A stretch of 64,000 nucleotides of DNA from Rhizodiscina lignyota (Eukaryota): assembly GCA_010015805.1 (NCBI GenBank), contig ML978121.1, positions 1,798,001-1,862,000 on the forward strand, written 5' to 3'. Made by a program: the position numbers and the translations under genes. Below are positions 22,566-33,900 of this stretch, one piece after another. Below the pieces are notes generated by a model, which was not told the DNA's origin, ran no database searches, and saw only the letters and a program-made list of their open reading frames with translations. The number at the start of each line of letters is the position of its first letter. Positions within the stretch are counted from its first letter, which is position 1.

Positions 22566-25040
22566 TTAAAAGAAGTGTGTGTGTGGCTTTGAAAGTTCGT
22601 GAACCTCCATTTCCTGCGATCTTGATCTTAGTAAGGGTTGCTGGGACACTGGAGATCACTGCAGACGTACCATTTTGAAAGTGTTGAGCTCTTCCTTGAT
22701 CTGCTGCGCCAGCATCGGCGTCAGTCTATTGCAAGTGGCAATTTCTCCCCTGCGGTCATAATCACTGCTGCTCCATGCATCGTGGAACTGGATTCTCGGA
22801 TTGAAGGCAATGTTCCTGGAGCCACTCGGAGTACTTGGCAAGCTCCTGGTGCTGGCAGCCATCCGCGCATTGCTGAAATAGTCCGGACGAGCACCTGGCT
22901 GGCTTGGGAAAGACGAAGCCTTTGTGGGTCCAGTCTCTTCGCCAGGCGTGTTCGGAGCACTTGCAAGCGGAGAATCGAGGATATGAGGAACGTTAGGAAG
23001 GGCAAAGTCTTGGCCATCCACCGGTTGGACAACAGGAGAAGAGTTGTTGGAGCTGGTACTCGTGCCAGTACGCTTCAAGATGCCCTTCCTCACAGATTTC
23101 AGCACCTCATCGCGCTCGTGGTCGCTACCCACAATGCTCTTCCTTCCTCTCGACTCAGCAATGTTTGCATGGATAGCATCTGCAGCACTGGCAGCGTCGA
23201 GTGAATTACGTTCGAGGTGTGGGAACCCAGTACCGCCTCCAGCGCGGTCGTGCGGATCAGGATTGACATTCACTCGCTCTCGCTCCGCCTCGACAGTTAC
23301 CATGGACACCTCAGCAGTACTGGGCTGGCTTGCTGTTACCGGGCCATCTGCAGCAGGGACACCAATCACGCTCTTTGGCCGGAACAATCCTTTAACAGAT
23401 CGAGCGGACTTCTTCATGCCTTTTCCCATCTTACGAAGCATCAGGCTGGCCGAGCTGGCTGTGCTGGAGATGCTAATATTGTCGGTCGATGCTGAGAAGA
23501 CTCCACCTTGTCCTTGGGAATATATGCTATTTCCCAATCCCGCAGCTTCTTGCTTGGCCGCGATTGCGGCGTCCTCCGCCTCTTTCTTGTCTGTCTCCGA
23601 TTGTTCTTTCGTCAGTTTCGCCCTCTCCCTCTCGATATTGTTGTGGGCGTTGTGAGCGTTGTGAGCGTTGTGAGCGTTGTGAGCAGATGCTTTACGGAGC
23701 TCTGCAGAACTGCCGAAGGAAAATGCACGTCTTAAGCGAGACTTCATGCCCTTGTTGAGATCTTTGTCGTTCAGTGCAGCAAGGTGCTGCACAGCAGGAC
23801 TCGGTGGAGCAGGAGCATCAGGTTCGTCATCAAGGAATGGCTTCGAATTCTCGTCCTGTGCATCTGCAGAGATAGGTTTTGACAAGGGTGAAGGCTTAAC
23901 AGTGCGCTTGCTAGATTCGGAAGTGCGTGATGGACTTGGTGGTCTAGCGTCGACGCGGGCGAGAGGGGAGGAAGGACGCTGTGTGTTCTTGCTCGATTGT
24001 GTTCTAGATGAGGTGAAGGACTCACGCCCAGGCGGCAGCTTTGGTGCGGCGTCAATGAGGTCGAGATCTTTGCTGCGGCTCCTCTGATCCGCGGAACGGG
24101 GCCTGTCAGCTGTTGCAGCAGGTTTCAGAGGGATGTTTTCAGAAGCTGGAGGGGTTGACCAGGTAGTGGTCGTGGCAGAGACGGCTGGTGTTAAAGTAGC
24201 AGCACTGATTGACGGATCAAAGCTGCCCAAACTACGCCTCCGATATCTCTTAGCCTGTTCAGAGGCTCCTTGTCGAGACGTCGAATCATCAGCACTTGTT
24301 GTCCTTACATGTCCGGGACGTGGAGTCGGTTCCAATAAACTTAATGTTGCCTTTGGCTGGCTGCTAGTTCCCTTCTGCAAAACAGCACTGTAAGTCAAGG
24401 GAGTCTCAGGCTGCGCTGATGTAGCAGGAGATTGTGAGTTGGACTCGGTACGCTGCTGCTGTGGGCGACGATAACGATTTGGCGAGGCCTTGGGAGTAGG
24501 CTCTAGTGTGGGAGAAAGGGATGGCGGCATATTGAGCGTCAAATCGGGCGTGGAAGAAGACAGGCTGAGCGAGGAGGTTGGACGGACATCAACCCGTGGT
24601 GCTTTGCTTGTGCCAAGAGAAATGGAAAAGTCATCCTTGGAGGTCGTGTAGTTGCCAGCTACGGAACGACTAGACGAAGATGATGCAGTCGATGCATTGG
24701 TCGAAATGGAAGACGCATTGGACTGGCCGGGTCGAGCTCCATGGCTAACGTGGGCTGCCTGTGCCAAACCTCCAACTGGGGCCGACGATGTCCTACTCTC
24801 CTGCTTCAAGTGTGGAGTTGCCTGGAAGGCATATGGCGCGACTGGCGCTGAAGTAGTGCCCCGATACCCCATTGCACTATTCTGGGAGCTGGTGTAGACG
24901 TGTGTCCGAGGCATCGGAGATATGCGTGGAGGCTGCTGGTGCGATTGAGCAGAGGGAGCGTTTTGGAATGGATCTGGCGAGGTATGGAGCATGGTAATAG
25001 ATCCCGACTGCTGGACGACGGGTGTGAGTACCTCAGCCAT
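22566..25040 (-). CDS. BNI4: Bni4-like protein (PP1/Glc7-targeting, septin/chitin synthase scaffold family)
   Basis: Exons 25040-22671 and 22613-22566. Disordered S/P-rich body; C-terminus RIQFHDAWSSSDYDRRGEIATCNRLTPMLAQQIKEELNTFKM|EMEVHELSKPHTHFF with an RVxF-like RIQF. Confidence 0.85.
23642..23683. repeat. Coding 9-bp tandem repeat (TGTGAGCGT)n encoding (AHN)x4
   Basis: gtgggcgttgtgagcgttgtgagcgttgtgagcgttgtgagc within the Bni4-like exon. Confidence 0.9.
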
Positions 25041-25143
25041 CGGTGAGATATCTGAGACACAGTCCAGTGTTAACTGAGATATGAGGCCGGTTACACGACA
25101 CTTGTCTTAGACGGTCGATAGGCGTGTGAACGAGCGGAAATGT

Positions 25144-25287
25144 CTGCAGGTGGGGCGTCAGTCAGTGAAAGGGTGCAGCAACGCAGCGAGCGGGGAGAGC
25201 AGAGGGTTTTGTTGTCGTCGACTGACAAGTGCTGCAATTGAGCGAGGTGTGAAGCAAGGCCGGCTGGATTAGGAGATAATCACGTAC
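25144..25287 (-). other. Putative 5'-UTR intron of the Bni4-like gene
   Basis: Minus strand: GTACGT donor at 25287, CTGACTGAC branch, CTGCAG acceptor at 25144. An in-frame TAA between the acceptor and the ATG makes it non-coding. Confidence 0.6.
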
Positions 25288-28200
25288 CCCTTTCAGTTGA
25301 CGCGGCGATCAGCGAGGGTGACGGCGAGATGGCAGCTCAGGGCGAGGAGCGATGCACGGGAGAAGAGTATTACAAGACAGTAATGGACCAAGAGTGTTGG
25401 CTAAGTGTTGCAGAGAAGGATGAAAAGCGGTGCCGGTCCAAGAGGGCGAGGCGTGATCTCGGTGCTGTTGACGATCCAAGTGGAGGGACGAAAAGGGCAG
25501 TACAGCCAAAGGGCTGACTTTGTGCGGGTGCTCAGGCGTGCATTGAGGCCTGAGACGCGAAATGGAGGCCTTCGAACGGCCTTTTCGCTCGCGGGAGAGG
25601 AGAGGCAGTGGTGGTGTTGACGGACGGAGCGATGGTTAGGGGAGGAACGGAGATGGTAGGCGAAGCGTCAGAAGGCTCTGCACCGCAGGGAAAAGGCGAG
25701 AGGAAAAGGCAGCAAAGACGGCAGCCGGCAGAGCAGGCAACTCTTCGCTCAGAAGGAGACAGCAACAGCGCTCTTCGTCGAAGTAGCGAGTGCGGTGGTA
25801 AGCAGGTTGGAGAGAGCAGGAGTTAGTGGAGTGGCGGCGGAACATGAGTGCTGCACGCCGATGGGAGGGAAAGGAGCTGCGGTATCAAAGCGCTCACGCC
25901 TTGCCCCAAGCGTAGAAGCGTGACGGCGAAGCAATGCAAGCTGGAAAGGCCTTGCTACGGGCACGGTACAGTCCCCTTCCAAATTATTATTTGTTTGCGG
26001 CTCTCAATGTTGAATGGGCTTAGGTATAGGTAGGGCAGGCGTTGCACTCGCTATCTCCGCCGATAGTCGCGCAACTCTACATAACAACAACGACTCCCAC
26101 CTTCGCTTGCTGGAGTCTACTACTAGAGCGTCTGCTGGAGCGTCTGCCAGAGCATCCAGTGCGCAACCCTACGGCCATCATACAGGCACGCTCCTGAGCC
26201 ATTCGCATGTGAGACTGCGATTAGACTGCCTCCTGGCTAGGCGGGCTGGTGTGTCGCCAATGCTGCAGGGCAAGCAGCACTCCTCCTCCGGCTTCCTGCA
26301 GCCTCACTCGCTCCTCGACATTTGCATTCCACCGCTCGCCAGCGGGGACAGTCGAAACAAAGTGCATTCTCAGCAGCAGCAGCGGGCGCAGGAATGGCGC
26401 GTCAGATATCTAGCTCGTCGCTCCGCACGCAGTTGTCGCGAGGTGAGTGCAGCAATGAGAATGGAGCCTGCACGCTCGTACAGGCCTGCCGCCCGCTGCC
26501 CACTCACTGCTCGAGTATTGCACGACGCGCAAGCACCCCCGGCCGCGGCCGTGTGGGGCGGCCTCACGATACGGAAGCTGAAGGATGCTCCAATGCACTC
26601 TCACACCGTATCCGCCACGCTCAAGGCACATGGAGCGCCTCTTCAGGCAGAAGATGTGCGAGGGGTCGCGGACGAGCCTCCACCTCGCCCACCCCCGCGA
26701 ATCAAAGTGCTCGTAACTCTCAATCTCGCATTGTGCCATTTCGTGCAGCACGTCGGACACTTCACAACCACTTCGCCTTCCCCCAGAGGCACGCTGTGCG
26801 GACGTGGTCAGACTCCCATACCTGCTCCGTACAGCTGCTTCCCCGGCCTTCTGCACCGTCGCTATCCAGACGTCTGGCTCCGTCACTCCAAGCGCTTATC
26901 GCATCATGGCATGGCATGGCATGTCATTGTGGAGAAGCAGGACAGAGCCGCACTGACGCTTGCACTCATCCCAATCAATCCGCCTGAAACATGGCATGGC
27001 GCCATCCCTTCCAACACGCCAGCCCAAACCGGGCAAGTCGCTATGCCCCCAATACGCGCGTGAGGGGCTGGACGACCACCATCGATGTTGAAGGCGTCCA
27101 ACGTCCTCCACGGAGCGGAGACGTGGGCGGAGTGCGTCCGCAAGTTCTTCACGTCAGAAGCGTTGAGGAGCGTGGTCAGACGTCCGTCAGGGCAAGCTGG
27201 TGGGTCTGTACCGGTGATGTTTCGTCGCCCGCTGCTCGATTGGAGTTGTGCATTGGTTTCAAACGTCCGTTCTTGGATAATGGGAATTTCTCCTCCATTC
27301 ACAGCTCGCCGCAGCTCCCGCCAGTATCCGCATGTCTAGAACTGGATCTCAAGCCGCACCGCACCCTCTGCAAGTCCGACAACGCTAAGCCCCATCTACT
27401 CTCAACCATCACCACCGATCTGAGATTTGCCGGGGAAATAAATCGTGCATACCCCTGCCGAGAGTTGAACAGCTGCACACAGCTCATCATCACTCCACTC
27501 GAGAAAATCTCATTACACATATCCTCGGCCCTACAACGGACGCTCCAATCCTTTGAACAGTGCCGGATCAATTCTAAGCATGTACTCTTCCCAAGGAAGA
27601 TATTATCCGCTTTGCCAATGTCTGGTAGGTATTTGTTTGCCATGTCTGTGCTCCTGTCCAACGCTTGGCTGTCACTGGTGAATGGTGTCTGATGCTGTTG
27701 GGGCCGAACCTAAGCATTGCAATTTACCATACACTTTCGACCATATATTAGCTTCAACATATCTTGAGATCTAGTAAAACAGGCTAGGGGCAATGAGCGA
27801 TCATCAGAAACAACTGAGTCGATGACAGGACAAGCGTCCGCGCGTCACATCGTTTGTGCAAGAGCCGTCCCTTTCGGTTTCCATGGTACACAGCACGTTA
27901 CTGGAGACAATTGAGGGCCCGAGTGCACTCAACAGCGTTCGGTACCGTGGAAATCAGAGTGGACGGGATGAAAGGGTGCGATCAACGGTCTCCTCATCAA
28001 ACGGCTCGGTCTGCCGCGCCTTTGCCCATCTCCACGCTGTGCTACGTCCCTTGCCGGTGCGCTTTGACTCCCATTGTGACGCAGGTGGTCTCGAAATTAT
28101 TTATCCTACCAAGAGATTGCCCCCAGATCCACGCGGGGGAGGAAGGGGGTCTTCATCTCGTCTTGCTAGGCTGCATCTACTGTAATATCGCTGCTGACAA

Positions 28201-29323
28201 GCAACCATTCCCTCTCCACCTCCCGCCGGGCGAAGCAATGGATAAGGATCTGACTTGTGGTCTCGACCCGTCCCCTCCCAACCTCCACGATCTCTGCCGT
28301 GCCCATAAGCCTTCCGAATGCGGCAGCATCTTGCATTATCGAAATAATGCAGCTGTGCTTCCCAGCTGCACCACGGCCTCCAATAGCTCCAATCGAATCG
28401 AGCAGGACGGCCGAAAAAGCAAATCAGCTTGACTCACCGCACAGGCTTTTCCGCACCCACTCTCTCGAAATTTTCCTTGGTGCTTGCGCTCTCGCTGCCC
28501 CGCGTCTCGTTGGCCCTTTTTTAAGGTTGCTCCCGCATGCACTAGTTTGGCGTTCGCCTCGTCTTCCTATCAGTTCGCTTGCTGCACCTCTGTTCACGAA
28601 TATCCTGCAGCTGGGCTCGAAGCAAAAATGCACCACTCATTGCCTCTGCCATCTCCTCGGGATCTGGTTGTCGTACTGACGAGCTACCCAGTGGAACGAA
28701 CGGGCTGCCTGAAAATGCGTTCGATATCCGCTTTGCCGGGACGGCCTCGATGGACGACACCGATGCACTCATTCCTCGATGTTTACTGTCGATCTGGCCT
28801 CCATTAGGCCCGTTCCACGCGATCGATAGCAAATGATGCGAATCGAAAAGCATATTTAGCTTTGTGGTCTCAAATCAGGAGGCAGATCTGCATTGTGTCT
28901 ACATTCGGCGGCGAAGACCCAACTTCAACATCCAATGGTCTCATGGCTTTATCCTCTCGGCTCTACTCGTGCTGTCTTTGCATTTCACGAGCTGCATCGG
29001 AGAAAAATCACGTCGTAACCAGTGCTGAATTTGCCATTGCCAGAACTGGCTTAGCCTTGCCTTATTCAACGCCTCGAATTAAGCAATTACCTCTCCATTC
29101 CTTCCTCGTCAATCTATTACCACTTCAAATTGGCCCGCCAACACTGTTTTCAGGTCCATGGACTCGAACATCCCGCCCCTGCGAAGGTGGACTCGGCAAG
29201 TCGATAGCTGCATGTTCGCTTCAACTCCAGCCGCATGAAGACGAATGCACTGAAAGTCATTCGACTCTGTGCAAGGCGTCTCGAGGATGAAAGGGGATGC
29301 TTGCCAGCTTACAGTGTTTCTCC

Positions 29324-30265
29324 TCATGCTAATATGATAGCGGTGACCACGGCAACAGCGAGAGCTAACCAAGACAAGACCGGCTCCGTCCTCCCTCCCA
29401 TTCCTTTCATTCCCACCGCAAACCCCGTCTGGTTTCCCCCGAGATAGAGCGCTCCGATCCGCGTCAGGCTCCCACTGTCGTCCAGCATCGCGACGTTGGG
29501 CCCGGTGAAGTTGTTCGCCGCCTCGCGCCTGAACGTGCCAAAGTAGCTGTACCGCTCCACGTAGTCCAGCTGGTCCAGGTAGCTGATGGTCTGGTTGACG
29601 AAGTCGTAAGTGATGTTCTCTGGAAACGCGGGCAGCGCAAACTCGGTGAGCCAGATGGGCAGCGTCGGGTAGAGCTGGTGCAGCGTGCCCAGCCACGACG
29701 CCAGCCCGGGGAACCCGCCGTACCAGTGCGCGGCGAGGAAGTCGGACGGGCAGCCGCCCGACGTGATGTTGTGGCAGGAGGAGTTGAACTCGCGCAGCCA
29801 GTTGAGCCCGTTCGGGCTGCCTGTCGTCGATGGCAGCGACATCTTCAAGTTGTATGGAGCATCGCGCAGCGGGGCGATGGTGTCGAGATAAGTCCGCGCT
29901 GCGTCGTCAGGGGTGAGGTTGGATCCGCCAGACTCGGTGCTGCCGTCTGGTTCATTGTAGACGAGGACATGAGTGATCCCGCCGCTTGAAGCCATGCTCT
30001 TTATCGACGGCACCGCATCGGCAGCGTCCAATGTGCCGTGGATCATTGGAGCGAAGTCGAGGGAGGAGTGGCTGAGGGCAGGCCATGTCGCGAATGTGTA
30101 ATACCAGGTCAATGGCGAAGAGCGGGAGGTGAAGAGTTGATAGTCCGAAGGATGAGAGGTCCCTATGTAGACGAGACCTCGTTTCGATAAGTTGGTGGAA
30201 TTCTCGGCGATGGAAAAGCGAACGACAAGGAGTATATATGAGAGCGTCCAAAATATTGTTAACAT
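29324..30265 (-). CDS. GH128 / Asl1-like beta-1,3-glucanase, secreted, probable C-terminal GPI or TM anchor
   Basis: Signal peptide, SKRGLVY, WYYT, FAPMIHG, YNEPD, FLAAHWYG, PIWLTEFA, YVERYSYFG, hydrophobic C-terminus. Intronless. Confidence 0.92.
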   Translation of the reverse strand: MLTIFWTLSYILLVVRFSIAENSTNLSKRGLVYIGTSHPSDYQLFTSRSSPLTWYYTFATWPALSHSSLDFAPMIHGTLDAADAVPSIKSMASSGGITHVLVYNEPDGSTESGGSNLTPDDAARTYLDTIAPLRDAPYNLKMSLPSTTGSPNGLNWLREFNSSCHNITSGGCPSDFLAAHWYGGFPGLASWLGTLHQLYPTLPIWLTEFALPAFPENITYDFVNQTISYLDQLDYVERYSYFGTFRREAANNFTGPNVAMLDDSGSLTRIGALYLGGNQTGFAVGMKGMGGRTEPVLSWLALAVAVVTAIILA

Positions 30266-30963
30266 GCCCGGACAGTCCTTCGTAGCGCTTCCAGACAGCT
30301 GGTGGTTTGATATCAGAGACCGCTACGCGAAATGTTACTGGTTACTACATAGAAAGAAATCTAGCCAAGTGTAATTAAAATGCAGGAAATATTGCCAAGG
30401 TAGATCTCTGGAATATCAAAGCTGAGTGCTACACCTTGACAAATATTCGTGAGCCGCGCGTGCAGTCCCGGTGCGAACGTCATAGTTAGTCGAGACAAGG
30501 CAAAAAATCATCGACAGCGATAAGTTTGACGAGCGAATGATATTGTAGATAGAATCACGGCAAAAGGGAGATCGGTACTGGAGGAAATCCTGGTCGATTT
30601 GCGCAGATTGGTTGCCTTATCACTCGTGGAGAGCTCTCAGTGGGAGTGGCGAAGCGAATTTGCTTTATTGGGCAACAGATTTGCAACACAGTAAGCCTCA
30701 GAGAGCTGGCCCATGAGGAAATCAACAAGAATACTTCTTAGAGGTATACAGCAGCGAATCTAAAACCGACGCCATTCTAGCTATGCGAAGCGAAACTAGC
30801 CCTCGCTAGCAGTCTATGCAAGTGATTCCCCCAAGGAATGCGACGCCTGGACCATTCTACTGTACATTTTGGGCAATTCGATTCTGTAATGACCGCTGGA
30901 GCACCGTATTATCCAACGCTACCACAAAGAAAGGACGAAGCCCTGTACTAACACACGATCTCA

Positions 30964-33900
30964 TTAAGCAAAGTAACTCTTCCATAGCACACCCTCCAAG
31001 TCCTCCAGCTGCTCAGGTTCAAACGCCTGCTACCGATTAGTAACTTGTGATGATTAAGAGGCGAATGAAGCTTACCTTGACGTCCACGTGCCATGTATCC
31101 TGCCTCGTCTTCTTGAAGTCCGCGAGGATCTGCTTAACGCTCTTGCCCACGGTGCCCGGATCGCTCGCTGCCCTTGATGCCAGCGTTGCCAGTACCTCCG
31201 GCAACCAGGTCGGTGGTGGACTGGTGTATGGGAATGCCTGAATCAGCGCACCCAGACCAAGGACCGCCGCGTGTCTCGTTAAGATCAGCTTGCTATGCTC
31301 TGGCGTTGGAGTGCCTGGCACGCGGCGTTTGGGCAGCGGGTTATCCTTCAGTATCTTCGTGAATTGCTGTATGAGTGTCTGGACAGTGGTGTTACGTTGC
31401 TCCACTGGCGAGCAGCGTATCATGCCCGACAATGTTGTTGACGCTCCAAGGCGTACCTCGTGCTGCGCATCCGCCAGCATTTCGATGACGCAGTCGACCA
31501 GCTTCTTTCGCGATTCGGCGGACATGTGGAAGAGCCTGCGGAAGAAGATGACCTGGATGTTGATGAGAATGCGAAGACGCTGATGCCATGTCTTCGCCGT
31601 GCGTCCGATGCGGCACATCGCTTCGACAAAAGGCTCGTCTTCCCCAAGGCGATGTGGGACGTTGGGCAGGTGACGGAAGACGTGATAGGCAAGTGACTGG
31701 AGTTCAGGATCCTCTTTAATGTCCATCATGTGTAGGAGCTGTTCAGTCATGACATCGGGGAAGAACTTGACCATCGTGGTGCATTCGTAGCCAGCGAGTG
31801 TCTGGTCCATCCACAGGAGCACCGTCTTCGAAGCGGAAGTGTACGGTGACGGGGTCTGTTGCCCCGGTGGGCGCTCCTTTCGCCATTTCTCTAACCGATC
31901 GAAGACATCTATGATCGTTGCGGTGTGTTCTTCGCTCGGTTCGTAAGGTCTGGATCCAATGGGACCCGCCGCCTTCTGCGCTTCGATGAGTGTTTTTACA
32001 TCTCTGTATGACTCGTGGTAGCGGGTTCTGTATATGCTAGAAATCGTCTGTCCAACAGCTTCTCGAACCCCTTTGTACGGATGATCGATGTGCTTCAAGA
32101 AGTCTTCCAAGACTGGTTTCTCAAGTTGGAAGTGCCATCCACCGTCGATGATCGCTTGCTGGAGACATTGGATCTTGGAGCTCTCCTTGAATGCTGCGTT
32201 TGAAGACATGTCTAACCTGAAGCTGGCAAGCCAATCAACTATAGGCCAGGCTCGTCGCGGGTCTTTGCCTTGGAACGCAAGATGCAACATGGTCGTCCAA
32301 TACTGCGCATTTTCTGGAGTCAGGCCATCCCTAAGCACCCCACGGATAAACGGAAAAATGAATTCCCAAATCTTGGTCTTGTTCGCCTCGTTCATTTCGT
32401 ACGAAGCCGTGCACATGGCGCCCATAATCTCAGCGGTGGCACGATGTTGATGCTTATCGCTGCCATCGCCGTAAACCGAGTTTGTGAGCTCCTTCACGTC
32501 CTCCCATGTCGCCACTGTGCAGCCGCCAATGACAAGGTCGAACATTGAACTGAGCAGTAATGCAGTCGACATACGGAAGCGATCATTGTTATTGTCTCTC
32601 GGTTCTTGTTTCATATATGCGAACCAAGTTGAGAACCAGTGTCTGTCGAGATGCTTCCCGATTAGGTTTCGTACTTTGGTTTCGCGCTCATCCCACTCAA
32701 TGTCCGGCATGTTCGTCATCCAAGCACCCATGTTTTCCCTCCAGACAAGCCATCCAGGGTAGTCAGAGTCAACATAGTACTCAGTTTCAGGCTTGGCAAA
32801 GCTCTCAAGGAATTCCTCCGTCCAGTTTGGATCGTCGCGGCGGGTAGGCACATTTATCTTATCCGGCATTGGCTTTTCATTCAGCAGGTAGGTCTTATAA
32901 TCGTGATCAGACAGTGCTCGAGCTTGCAGAACGCTGAAGAGGCCATTCAAAGCACCGGCATACAAGGTCCGAAGATTAGGATGAGGGTCGATAGATCCAG
33001 AGGTAAGAAGATTGACGAGAGGATCTGGCGCTACGACATCGAACCTGAGTGCCAGCTGTAGTACGATGCCAGTCGTCCGGCTCGCTTTCCTCCAGTGTGC
33101 CTTGTATATACCATCGATGAGCTCAAGAGCCAAGGCAGCTTTCTTGTTCTCTACATTGGCACGTTTCTTCTTCATGCTCTTGGACTTTCGCTCGATGCGT
33201 TCGTCCATCTTCTCTTTCTCTTCGTTACCGACATTTGGGGCGATCATATCAACGACACCTCTGTCCAAGATGACCATTCGTTCGAGGACCTTGCTCATAT
33301 CCATGATCTGGAAAGTCGCATTGCTTGCAAGTCGTTGAACAGAAGGCTTGTCTGCGCCGGTGACTTCGATGAAAGCCTTGATAAGGGTAGGCGCAAACCG
33401 CCAATCTCTCCCAATGGTTCTGTTCAAACTTCCAAAGAGCAATGAAAATAATGCACCCTTGATCCTAGGATAGTCGACTTCTTTGACCGCTTTCTCCAAA
33501 GCTTTGAGGAGCGGTGCTACCACCAGAGGTCTAGCACCAATGATGCATTTGACAGCAGATTCGCTCGCAGACTGAGCAGTTCTCCGAATCTCAGTATAAA
33601 GCGAAACACTCGATTCCGCAAGATCCAATAGGAGCTGTTTGTCCAGATCGGTCTTTGGCCTTGGGTTTGCGTTGTGACGTAATCGCTGAAGATGATATAC
33701 GTTTGCACGCCTGACTAGGAGAGGTCGCGGATATTCCTTTCGAAGGCCACTGAACTTGAACGGGTGGATATCGGCGATGAGCAGTCGCTGAACTCGGTCA
33801 AGGACGTGTGCGGAGCGCTCGATGCCAACGTCCACGAACCAAGACCGGAACGCCATATACAACGAATTGAAGCAGGGGACATCGTCTTGCTGGCTCTCTG

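Noticed and set aside
26014..27063. 349-aa plus-strand ORF and overlapping 221/233-aa ORFs
   Set aside because: No recognisable motif, R/A/H/S-rich composition, and several frames open simultaneously, as expected for GC-rich non-coding DNA.
27418..27480. CTGAGA...ATACCC...GAAC resembling a TPP riboswitch
   Set aside because: Lacks the GATC..TAAT..GCG.AGG 3' core and there is no thiamine gene nearby.
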